Below, piece by piece: positions 26,482 to 34,497 of a DNA stretch of 38,782 nt. The stretch is from an uncultured bacterium (GTDB lineage: Bacteria; Chloroflexota; Dehalococcoidia; Dehalococcoidales; RBG-16-60-22). The stretch covers positions 1-38,782 of the forward strand of contig CBDUSH010000002.1 in NCBI GenBank assembly GCA_965369965.1, in the 5' to 3' direction. The notes under the pieces are model-generated. The model was not told where the DNA came from, searched no databases, and worked only from the letters and a program-made list of their open reading frames with translations. Within the stretch, counting starts at the first letter, position 1, and the number at the start of each line of letters is the position of its first letter. The translations under genes were made by a program, and so were the position numbers.

Positions 26482-26725
26482 AGCCTGTCTCCTTCTGGTT
26501 CACGGTTTCACATCACAGTTGATTATAACCTAATGCTAATCAATTTAACCGGAAATATCAAGTGACTTTTTTGTTGAAATCCTCTATCCGGAGATGTTAA
26601 TATAACTTCGGTCAAATACCGGGACGGTAATTACCCCGAAAACAAATCGCAGCTAAAATATCCAGTCACCGGCGGCAGTTTCTCCCGGTAACACAGTATC
26701 AATAAGTAAGCAGAAGGAGAATTCA

Positions 26726-28114
26726 ATGATGCCCGACATGGAAGAGAGAATCAGGTCACTGGCAGAACACACTTACGGCACATGGAAAGCACAGAAAGGC
26801 TGGAAAAATCCTCTCTATATTAAAGACGCCGAAGGTGTCTACATGTATGATGAGAACGACCGGCCAATCCTTGATTTTTCATCCCAGTTGATGTGTTCCA
26901 ATCTTGGCCACAAAAACAAGGTTGTTATTGAGGCAATCGTGAAGCAGGCTGAGAGTATGCCCTACATCGCGCCCGCATTCGCCACGGACGCGCTGTTGAG
27001 CGCCACGGAGGCGCTGGTATCGGTAATGCCGAAAGGGCTGGACAAGTTTTTCTTCTCCACCGCCGGCACAGAGGCCAATGAAGGGGCATTGATGATGATC
27101 AGGCAGTACATGTCCCCCAGTTACAAGGTGATTTCACGGTATCGCTCGTATCACGGCGGGACCATCGCCGGACTGTCTTTTACCGGTGACCCGAGACGGT
27201 GGTACGCGGAGCGAGCCAGGTTCACCGTTGAGGGAGTCTGTTTTGCCCCGGACGCTTATTGTTACCGATGTCCCTTCGGGCTGAAATACGGGGAGTGCGG
27301 GATACAGTGCGCCGAGTACGTGGACTATATGATTAAGGAAGAGGGTAACGTGGCGGCGGTTATCATTGAGCCGGTAGTCGGCACCAACGGCCGCATGGTG
27401 CCGCCCCCGGAATACCTGCCTCGACTGCGCCAAATCTGCGATGAAAACGGCGTGCTACTGGTCTGCGACGAAGTAATGTCCGGCTGGTACCGCACCGGGC
27501 CGTTGTTCGCGGCACAGAACTGGGACGTGACGCCCGACATTATGACCACCGCCAAAGGGTGCACCAACGCCTATACGCCGGTGGGTATCACCATAACTTC
27601 CAAGAAAATAGCCGACTTTTTCGAGGAAGAAACCCTCATCCAGGGGCATACTTATGCCTTCCACCCGCTCGCCCTGTCGGCGATCGCTCCATCAATATCA
27701 GAACTTCAGAAACTCAATGCTACCGGCCTGCCCCAGAGGGTCAGCAAGTACATGGAACAGAAACTGTACGAACTGCAAGACCGGCACGAGTGCATCGGTG
27801 ACGTGAGAGGACTCGGCCATTTCTGGGCGCTGGAACTAGTCAAGAACCGGAAGACTAAAGAGCAATTCAACACCAAGGCGGACAAGTTCCGTAAGCCACT
27901 GATGATCGATAAGATCGCCGGTGAGGCGATGAAGCTGGGAATGTATATTGTTCCCTGGTGGGATACGCTGATGGTGGCGCCGCCGCTCATCACTACCGAA
28001 GCGCAGGTGGATGAAGGAATCGCCGTCCTGGACAAGGTGCTGCTGGTTGCCGACCAGGAGGTCGAACACACTGACAGCGCCGGTTCAAGAAGCTCGGCGG
28101 CCTTCAAAAAGTAA
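26726..28114 (+). CDS. Class-III (omega) PLP aminotransferase
   Basis: 462 aa, with GAAGGAG RBS. Motifs: STAGTEANEGAL, CDEVMSGWYRTG, TTAKG (PLP Lys). Substrate unknown. Confidence 0.9.
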   Translation: MMPDMEERIRSLAEHTYGTWKAQKGWKNPLYIKDAEGVYMYDENDRPILDFSSQLMCSNLGHKNKVVIEAIVKQAESMPYIAPAFATDALLSATEALVSVMPKGLDKFFFSTAGTEANEGALMMIRQYMSPSYKVISRYRSYHGGTIAGLSFTGDPRRWYAERARFTVEGVCFAPDAYCYRCPFGLKYGECGIQCAEYVDYMIKEEGNVAAVIIEPVVGTNGRMVPPPEYLPRLRQICDENGVLLVCDEVMSGWYRTGPLFAAQNWDVTPDIMTTAKGCTNAYTPVGITITSKKIADFFEEETLIQGHTYAFHPLALSAIAPSISELQKLNATGLPQRVSKYMEQKLYELQDRHECIGDVRGLGHFWALELVKNRKTKEQFNTKADKFRKPLMIDKIAGEAMKLGMYIVPWWDTLMVAPPLITTEAQVDEGIAVLDKVLLVADQEVEHTDSAGSRSSAAFKK

Positions 28115-28135
28115 GCACAGGAACAGTACCGGATT

Positions 28136-28176
28136 AATCGGCGGGTGGTGCCAGTATCACCCGCCGATTTGATTTA
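28136..28176. terminator. Strong hairpin terminator between convergent genes
   Basis: Perfect 12-bp inverted repeat AATCGGCGGGTG (28136-28147) / CACCCGCCGATT (28158-28169) with a 10-nt loop, followed by TTTGATTT on the plus strand. Confidence 0.7.
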
Positions 28177-28180
28177 TAGC

Positions 28181-28696
28181 TCACATGACTTTGCCCAGAG
28201 CGGTCTCAAGCTCTTTCATGGTGGTGAAGGCGCCCACCTTCCGGTCCCGGATAATGCCGTTTTCGTCAATCAGCAAGGTGGTCGGAATACTCCGGACATT
28301 ATACATCAGAGCGACATCCTGTCCGGAATCCAGCAGCGTGGTGAAGGTAAGCCCGAACTCTCCCATAAACTCCCCGACCTCACCGGGACTTTCCCCGAGG
28401 TTAACCCCCAGCACCACCAGCCCGTTAGCCGCCTGCTCTTCGTGTATCCGCTGCAAAAACGGCATCTCGTAGCGGCAGGGGCCACACCAACTTGCCCAGA
28501 AGTTAACCAACACCGGTTGTCCTCGAAAATCGCTCAGGGAAACCGACTGCCCTTCGAGGTTAGAAAGCTGGAAGTCAGGCGCCAGTTTACCTACTTCCGG
28601 GGCCGTTCCGGCACTGGAACAACCGGCCAGTCCCAGCCCCAATGTGAAGACTATAACCAGCATAAGTGCCGTCATTATTTTTAAAACTTTACCCAT
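28181..28696 (-). CDS. TlpA/ResA-like thiol-disulfide oxidoreductase lipoprotein
   Basis: 171 aa. Signal peptide plus lipobox LAGCSS. Thioredoxin-fold active site FWASWCGPC. Confidence 0.88.
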   Translation of the reverse strand: MGKVLKIMTALMLVIVFTLGLGLAGCSSAGTAPEVGKLAPDFQLSNLEGQSVSLSDFRGQPVLVNFWASWCGPCRYEMPFLQRIHEEQAANGLVVLGVNLGESPGEVGEFMGEFGLTFTTLLDSGQDVALMYNVRSIPTTLLIDENGIIRDRKVGAFTTMKELETALGKVM

Positions 28697-28717
28697 GCCT
28701 ACCTCCAGTAAGTACTT

Positions 28718-29413
28718 CTATCCGGCGAGTGAAGAAAACCAGATCAATTTGTTTAACAGGGCCATTATACCAAGGGTAATGAGCAGTACACCGCTCACGA
28801 TATAAATAATCCGGGAATATCTTTGTATTCGCCTGAGCAGCGGCCTGAAAAAATCAAAAGCAAACCCGATTATAAGGAAAGGGAGACCCAGTCCCAGTGA
28901 ATAAAAAGCCAGCAGGTACGCCCCGTTCCAGGCCGTCGCCGAGTTCAGGGCAATAGTCAGGATGCCGGCCAGTATCGGGCCGACACAAGCCGTCCAGGCC
29001 ATTGAAAAAACCGCCCCTATTAAAAACGAGCGCAGATAACCGGTGGTCCGGCCCAGCGACGGAGACAGTCGTTTCTCAAAATTCAACCAGGGCACTTTCA
29101 GCGAGGCCAGCATAAACACCCCGAAGGTAATCAGCAGAACGCCCGATATTTTATTTAACAAGGCATAGCTGGGATTAATCGCGGCTGCGGTTAAGCCGGC
29201 AATCGCCCCCAGGGTGGTAAAAACGAGGGAAAAGCCGAGCACGAAGCTAAGTGAGTGGAAAAATAGGGGCAGGCGAATTCCAGTTTCCTTTTTGTCCAGC
29301 GCCTGGGTACCAGCCAGGCTGGCCATATAGGTGGGCACCAGCGGCACCACGCAGGGGGACAGGAAAGAAAGCAGCCCGGCGCTGAAAGCAACTACTAACG
29401 ACATATTTTCCAT
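28718..29413 (-). CDS. ccdA: Cytochrome c biogenesis thiol-reductant transporter CcdA (DsbD family)
   Basis: 231 aa and polytopic. Conserved SPCVVPLVP and a second Cys in WTACVGPIL. Confidence 0.9.
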   Translation of the reverse strand: MENMSLVVAFSAGLLSFLSPCVVPLVPTYMASLAGTQALDKKETGIRLPLFFHSLSFVLGFSLVFTTLGAIAGLTAAAINPSYALLNKISGVLLITFGVFMLASLKVPWLNFEKRLSPSLGRTTGYLRSFLIGAVFSMAWTACVGPILAGILTIALNSATAWNGAYLLAFYSLGLGLPFLIIGFAFDFFRPLLRRIQRYSRIIYIVSGVLLITLGIMALLNKLIWFSSLAG

Positions 29414-29525
29414 ACTTATATGTGTGAACCTTGAAGTTAATCCGGAAGGTCGAGTAAGGAGTGAGGGTAATTTGACTGCCGCTTATCGCGAACAGGGGCT
29501 GACCACAAATATTTATACACTCAAC

Positions 29526-29574
29526 ATATGCTGAATACTCTATATATGGAAAATATGCTAAGTACTCTAAATAT
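29526..29574. repeat. Two 22-bp direct repeats at 27-bp spacing in the ccdA/nuclease divergent intergenic region
   Basis: ATATGCTGAATACTCTATATAT (29526-29547) and ATATGCTAAGTACTCTAAATAT (29553-29574), 19/22 identical. Confidence 0.6.
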
Positions 29575-29688
29575 TCTACAAGGTGCCCGCTAAAATGTCT
29601 AACCGGAGCCGGTATCTCCGGATTAAGTACCGGTGGACAGGGCACGACATGGGTCTTATAATTTAAGGGTAACGGGAGGAGGATAATC

Positions 29689-30834
29689 ATAAAACCTTTA
29701 AGCTACACCCAGATTGCGCTCTACCAGGCCTGCCCTTTAAGCTACAAGTTCCGCTACATCGACCGGATGGAGACGAAGGAGAAGTGGTACTTCAGTTTTG
29801 GTAAAACGATACACCTCTGCGCCGAGCGCTTTTTCAGGGTAAAAGTACCGCCGCCGCCAACGCAAGAGGAATTATTGCAATTTTATGAGCAGTCATGGCT
29901 TTCGGCGGGTTTCGAGTCGGCGGAAGAAGAGGCGAACTATAAAGCCTACGGCAGGGAAATCCTCGTCAAGTTCTGGGAAATCCACTATCCCCAATTTCGC
30001 GCCCCTCTGGCCGTGGAGCGCCTGTTTTACATTGATGTCGACGGGATAAAGTTGAGGGGTTTCATCGACCGGGTGGACAAGCTGGAGAGCGGTGGCCTGT
30101 CCATCGTCGACTACAAAACGAATCGAGACCTGTTTACGATTGACTACTTAGAGCAAGACCTCCAGCTGACGCTTTACCAGATGGCAACGGAGCAACTCTG
30201 GCGGCTGCCTGTAGAGCAATTGACCCTCTACCACATGAGGTCGAATACGCCCTGCAGCTGCGGACCGAGGCAGAGTCAACGCCTGGAGCAAGCCCGGCAT
30301 CTGATACTGGATGTGGCCGAAAATATCGCCGGCGGAAATTTCCCGGCCACCGAGCACCAGTACTGTCCCTGTGATTTCCCGGAGCATTGCCCCTACTACC
30401 GGCACCAGTACCTGGCGGCAACGGGAGAGCCCATCGAGCAGCCGGAATTACCCGGCATAGCCATCGCCGATACCGTCGAACAGTATGTTTCCCTCCAGCA
30501 GCAAATTAAAGAGCTGAGACTTCAGTTTGAAGAAGCCAAGCAGGCGATTATCGGTTTCTGCGAAGCGGAGGGATTGAACCGGGTGCATGGTAAGGAAAAC
30601 TGCCTGACCTACAAGCTGATGGAGACGACCGGATTCAGCGAGGATGAGGTCAGGGAACTGCTGGCGCCGGCTGGCTTGTGGGAGCAGGTGTTGAGCCTCG
30701 ACCAGTCAAAATTAAAGGCGCTCCTCAGCGATGAAGCGACCGCCGTAGATATTCGAAAAAGACTGGAATCACTGAGAGAAGTTATATCTACCTCCGCCCG
30801 GTTATGGGTAAAAAAACTCGATGATGAGCCATGA
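29689..30834 (+). CDS. PD-(D/E)XK nuclease (Cas4/AddB-like, 4-Cys) with extra C-terminal helical domain of about 130 aa
   Basis: Motifs: GFIDRVD ... IVDYKT (D...D/ExK), LQLTLYQ (QxxxY), C-terminal CPCDFPEHC. The conserved N-terminal KPLSYTQIALYQACPLSYKFRY, which carries the first cluster Cys, lies upstream of the track ATG (29767). It is in frame behind GGGAGGAGG (29674-29682), so I place the start at ATA 29689. That start codon is non-canonical and uncertain. Confidence 0.7.
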   Translation: MKPLSYTQIALYQACPLSYKFRYIDRMETKEKWYFSFGKTIHLCAERFFRVKVPPPPTQEELLQFYEQSWLSAGFESAEEEANYKAYGREILVKFWEIHYPQFRAPLAVERLFYIDVDGIKLRGFIDRVDKLESGGLSIVDYKTNRDLFTIDYLEQDLQLTLYQMATEQLWRLPVEQLTLYHMRSNTPCSCGPRQSQRLEQARHLILDVAENIAGGNFPATEHQYCPCDFPEHCPYYRHQYLAATGEPIEQPELPGIAIADTVEQYVSLQQQIKELRLQFEEAKQAIIGFCEAEGLNRVHGKENCLTYKLMETTGFSEDEVRELLAPAGLWEQVLSLDQSKLKALLSDEATAVDIRKRLESLREVISTSARLWVKKLDDEP

Positions 30835-30850
30835 CAGACCGCCGAACGAT

Positions 30851-30879
30851 TTGACTTTTCAACCGGTTTATCTTATGCT
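30851..30879 (+). promoter_or_regulatory. Candidate promoter (TTGACT-17 nt-TATGCT) of the cobamide operon
   Basis: Read directly, just upstream of the riboswitch. Confidence 0.4.
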
Positions 30880-30885
30880 GTTCCT

Positions 30886-31075
30886 GAATAACAGGTAACC
30901 AGAGGCGCCCGAGCGTGAGCGAGGGCATAAATGGAGTGCAAGCCGGTGAGAGTCCGGCGCGGCCGCGCCGCTGTATTGTCGGGTCAGCCCGCCAAGAGCC
31001 AGAACGCCAGCCTCTCAATATCCTACATGACTCCGCGGGGAGTAGTAGGCTTTTTTATTGAGCCTACCCACCCCC
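30886..31075 (+). promoter_or_regulatory. Cobalamin riboswitch
   Basis: Core GCCGGUGAGAGUCCGGCGCGGCCGCGCCGCUGUA matches the GGUGxAAxUCC...CCGCxxCUGUA consensus. B12-box-like AGAGCCAGAACGCCAGCC. P1 candidate AGAGGC (30901-30906) / GCCUCU (31010-31015). Followed by a hairpin (31045-31067) and the SD region. It sits upstream of the cob genes. Confidence 0.8.
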
Positions 31076-31109
31076 GACGGTGTCTTTAAACCGGACGGAG
31101 GAGGGTGCC

Positions 31110-31313
31110 ATGCCGACTGATAACGGGGACAGAGAGCGAAAATATCACCTCTGGGGGTGGGGCCTCTTTCTAATCTGTGCCGGTTTCTTTATCGCTTCCG
31201 GAATCACCAACGGCGATCTGCTGAGCATCATCGGCAGTGTCATTTTCCTTATCGGATGCCTTGTCTTCATTGTCCCGCTGGTATCCAGAGGCAACCGAAA
31301 TAAAGACGAATAG
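31110..31313 (+). CDS. Small (67 aa) two-TM membrane protein, first gene behind the B12 riboswitch
   Basis: ATG 31110 behind GGAGGAGGG (31096-31105). MPTDNGDRERKYHLWGWGLFLICAGFFIASGITNGDLLSIIGSVIFLIGCLVFIVPLVSRGNRNKDE has two hydrophobic spans and charged termini. I do not recognise the family. Confidence 0.55.
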   Translation: MPTDNGDRERKYHLWGWGLFLICAGFFIASGITNGDLLSIIGSVIFLIGCLVFIVPLVSRGNRNKDE

Positions 31314-31386
31314 CCGCTCTCGCCGGTGGACAGTCTTGACTTTTACCGTTACCACCACCAAAATTAATTTGAGATAAGGAGAACAA

Positions 31387-32442
31387 ATGCGTCTCGATGA
31401 AATGATAAAGCCCCTGAACATAAAAGCAATGGCCGAAGCCAGAGTCAGGCAGGACACCCTGACCAAGCCGCCGGGAAGCCTGGGCAGACTTGAAGAACTC
31501 TCGATTCAACTGGCCGGCATCCAGGGCAACCCAATCCCCAAAATCGAGCATAAAGCCATCATCACCATGGCCGGCGACCACGGGGTGGTCGCCGAAAAGG
31601 TGGGCAACTGGCCACAGGAAGTTACCACCCAAATGGTCTATAATTTTCTGGGGGGCGGCGCTGGAATCAACGTCCTCGCCCGGCAAGTCGGCGCCCGGGT
31701 CATCGTCGTCGACATGGGAGTAGCCACCGAGTTAAAAACCGACCGCCGATTGGTAATTAATAACATCGGCCGGGGCACCGGTAATATCGCCACCGGTCCG
31801 GCAATGACTATCAACCAGGCGGAGCAGTCAGTTGAAGCCGGCATCAAGTTGGTACAGGACGAAGCAGGGAAAGGACTGGATATCGTGGGCACCGGTGACA
31901 TGGGCATCGGCAATACCAGCGCCAGCAGCGCTATTTGTGCCGCCATTACCGGCAAGTCGGTCGCCGAGGTGACCGGCCGCGGCACCGGATTAAGCGATGA
32001 GCAGCTTAACCACAAAACAGAAGTTATCCGCCGGGCATTGGAGCTGAACCAGCCCGACGCGGCTAACCCGCTTGATGTCCTGGCTAAAGTGGGCGGTTTT
32101 GAAATCGGGGGGTTGGCGGGGGTAATGATAGGCGCGGCGGCCAGCCGCATTCCGGTGCTTATCGATGGATTCATCTCCGGAGCGGCGGCACTCATCGCCA
32201 CGACACTCTGTCCGGCGCTGAAAGACTACCTTATCGCCTCGCACGTGTCCGCGGAGGCGGGACACCGCATAATGCTGGAGCACATGGAACTCCAGCCCTT
32301 ACTGAACTTGGATTTACGACTGGGCGAAGGCACCGGTGCGGCACTGGGAATGTTCCTGGTGGAGGCTTCAGCCCGGATTTTATCTGAAATGGCCACCTTT
32401 GCCGAAGCCGGCGTATCCGAAGGAGACGAGACACACCATTGA
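31387..32442 (+). CDS. cobT: Nicotinate-nucleotide--dimethylbenzimidazole phosphoribosyltransferase
   Basis: 351 aa. Motifs: LTKPPGSLGRLEEL, MAGDHGV, GDMGIGNTSASSA, GEGTGA. Confidence 0.95.
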   Translation: MRLDEMIKPLNIKAMAEARVRQDTLTKPPGSLGRLEELSIQLAGIQGNPIPKIEHKAIITMAGDHGVVAEKVGNWPQEVTTQMVYNFLGGGAGINVLARQVGARVIVVDMGVATELKTDRRLVINNIGRGTGNIATGPAMTINQAEQSVEAGIKLVQDEAGKGLDIVGTGDMGIGNTSASSAICAAITGKSVAEVTGRGTGLSDEQLNHKTEVIRRALELNQPDAANPLDVLAKVGGFEIGGLAGVMIGAAASRIPVLIDGFISGAAALIATTLCPALKDYLIASHVSAEAGHRIMLEHMELQPLLNLDLRLGEGTGAALGMFLVEASARILSEMATFAEAGVSEGDETHH

Positions 32443-33188
32443 GCGGTTTTCTGGCGGCGATACAATTCCTGACCACCATACCGGTGCCCGGACGACATGA
32501 TTTCAGCCCGGAAAAACTCGGGCGTTCGGCAGGTTACTTCCCGGTAATCGGCGTTATCATCGGTCTTATCCTGGCCGGTTTGAGTTGGCTGTTCGGCCTG
32601 CTGTTACCTTCCGAAGTCACCAACGCGCTGCTGATTGCCTTTATGGTTATCGCCAGTGGCGGACTGCACCTGGATGGCTTTGTCGACACCTGCGACGGAA
32701 TCGGCGGACAAAAACCGGCCGAAGACAGGTGGCGGGCAATGAGTGACAGTCGAGCGGGGAGTTTCGGTATTATCGGCGTTGTCTTGCTGCTGCTGGTCAA
32801 GTACGCCGCCCTGAACAGCGTGCCGTCCAACTCACTGCTGATAACTCTGGTGATGATGCCGATGTTGAGCCGGTGGGCAATGGTCTACGCGGTTTTCACG
32901 TATAAATACGCCAAGCCGACCGGCCTGGGCAAGGCGTTCAAAGAGAGTACCGGCTGGCTGGGATTCACGGTGGCGACGGTTATCACCGTGGTGATGGCGA
33001 TGCTTATCGCCCAGCTAATCGGCCTGGTGATAATGATTGTCGCCTGGATAGTAACCGTGATTACGGCCGCCTATTTCAAGGGCAAGTTTTCCGGTCTTAC
33101 CGGAGACAATTACGGAGCGATAAACGAAATAATCGAAGTGAGCGTGCTTCTTTTAATCAGCTTGCTGGCCACCAGAGGGCTATTCTAA
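32439..33188 (+). CDS. cobS: Adenosylcobinamide-GDP ribazoletransferase (cobalamin 5'-phosphate synthase)
   Basis: 249 aa and polytopic. Motifs: AIQFLTTIPVP, GGLHLDGFVDTCDG. TTG start overlapping the cobT stop. Confidence 0.92.
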   Translation: MSGFLAAIQFLTTIPVPGRHDFSPEKLGRSAGYFPVIGVIIGLILAGLSWLFGLLLPSEVTNALLIAFMVIASGGLHLDGFVDTCDGIGGQKPAEDRWRAMSDSRAGSFGIIGVVLLLLVKYAALNSVPSNSLLITLVMMPMLSRWAMVYAVFTYKYAKPTGLGKAFKESTGWLGFTVATVITVVMAMLIAQLIGLVIMIVAWIVTVITAAYFKGKFSGLTGDNYGAINEIIEVSVLLLISLLATRGLF

Positions 33189-33200
33189 GCGGGAGGGAAA

Positions 33201-33815
33201 ATGTCAAGACTGCTGCTGGTGAGACACGGTGATACCAGGGCAAACAGCGCCGAGAGGTTCTGGGGACACACCGACGTGGCCTTGAGTGACGACGGGGTAA
33301 AACAAGCGGAGCAACTGCGCCACCGTCTGGCGAGTGAAAAGATTGGCTTTGCCTACGCCAGCGACCTGTGCCGGGCTTCACTGACTGCGGAAATTATCGC
33401 CCACCCCCACCGACTGGATGTGGTCATCTGTACCGAGTTGCACGAGGTTAATTTCGGCACGGTAGAGGGGCTGAATTTTAAGGAAATCAGCCAGCAATAT
33501 CCGGCACTGGCCGCCAGTTGGTCAACGAGAGACATGAACTTCCGGTTTCCCGAGGGAGAAAGCATCGGCGACCTCAACCACCGGGTGAGCCAGTTCCTGC
33601 CCCGGCTGGTAAAACACGCCCCAGAGGATACTCTGCTTATCGTCGCCCACAGCGGCGTACTGAGGTTACTTATCTGCCAGTTACTGGAAATAGCCCCGCA
33701 GCACTGGCGGCAAATCCGCACCGACCTGGCTTCATTAACGGTAATAGAGACGTACCCCCAGGGAGCCATACTGAACTTATTGAACGATACTTCACACCTC
33801 AATAAGGAGGTTTAA
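33201..33815 (+). CDS. cobC: Alpha-ribazole phosphatase (histidine phosphatase family)
   Basis: 204 aa. LLLVRHGDT (RHG motif) and AHSGVLR. Operon context between cobS and cobU. Confidence 0.85.
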   Translation: MSRLLLVRHGDTRANSAERFWGHTDVALSDDGVKQAEQLRHRLASEKIGFAYASDLCRASLTAEIIAHPHRLDVVICTELHEVNFGTVEGLNFKEISQQYPALAASWSTRDMNFRFPEGESIGDLNHRVSQFLPRLVKHAPEDTLLIVAHSGVLRLLICQLLEIAPQHWRQIRTDLASLTVIETYPQGAILNLLNDTSHLNKEV

Positions 33816-34493
33816 ATGTACCCGGTTTTCGTTTCATGGAGCGGCGGGAAAGACTGCTGTCTGGCCGCCTACCGCGCTCGAGTCAAAGGTTTTGACCTAC
33901 GCTACCTGGCAAATACGGTGACCGAAAACGGTGAACGCTCCTGCAGTCATGGCCTGGCGGCCAATGTTATCCCGATACAGGCGCAAGCGATGGGTATACC
34001 GGCTGTCCAGCGACCGACGACGCGTGAGACGTATGAAGCCGAGTTTACCGATATGCTACAGACTTTTCGCCGGGAGGGGATTAAGGACGGCGTCTTCGGC
34101 GATATCGATTTTAACGCACACCGGGAGTGGATTGAGCGGGTCTGTCAGCAGGCCGGGATTACTCCCCACCTGCCGTTGTGGCTGGAAAGCCAGGACAGCC
34201 TGATAAGAGAATTCATCGACGCCGGTTTCAAGTCGATAGTAATAGCTACCAAGACCGAGATACTGGGAGAGGAGTGGTTGGGCCGGATGATAGACCACGA
34301 TTTTGTCCGCCAACTGGAAGACCTGAGCCGGACAAAAAACGTCACTCCCTGCGGTGAAGCCGGCGAGTACCACTCGCTGGTGGTAGACGGCCCGTTGTTT
34401 CAGAAACGGCTTGAAATCACTGAGTCGGAAAAAGTTTTACGGGGAGAGCACCGGTTCCTGGAGATAAAAGGAATAGTGCTGAAGGACAAATAA
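33816..34493 (+). CDS. DUF71/COG2102 PP-loop ATP pyrophosphatase (Dph6/MJ0570-like), B12-linked subgroup
   Basis: 225 aa. VSWSGGKDCCLAAY (SGGKD PP-loop) and later GEAGEYHSLVVDGPLF. The ATG directly abuts the cobC stop (TAAATG) and cobU starts 4 nt after its stop. Confidence 0.85.
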   Translation: MYPVFVSWSGGKDCCLAAYRARVKGFDLRYLANTVTENGERSCSHGLAANVIPIQAQAMGIPAVQRPTTRETYEAEFTDMLQTFRREGIKDGVFGDIDFNAHREWIERVCQQAGITPHLPLWLESQDSLIREFIDAGFKSIVIATKTEILGEEWLGRMIDHDFVRQLEDLSRTKNVTPCGEAGEYHSLVVDGPLFQKRLEITESEKVLRGEHRFLEIKGIVLKDK

Positions 34494-34497
34494 CCGT

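Noticed and set aside
28145-28684. 179-aa plus-strand ORF
   Set aside because: It is antisense to the TlpA/ResA gene, which has a lipobox and a WCGPC active site.
29247-29690. 147-aa minus-strand ORF spanning the ccdA start and the AT-rich spacer
   Set aside because: It overlaps ccdA out of frame and crosses the repeat-containing promoter region. It has no RBS or motif.
30788-31018. 76-aa minus-strand ORF
   Set aside because: It lies antisense over the cobalamin riboswitch core. The Arg-rich product is typical of a spurious GC-rich frame.
31170-32498. Minus-strand ORFs (98, 139, 187, 97, 90 and 82 aa)
   Set aside because: They are antisense to the small membrane gene and cobT, and cobT is unambiguous.
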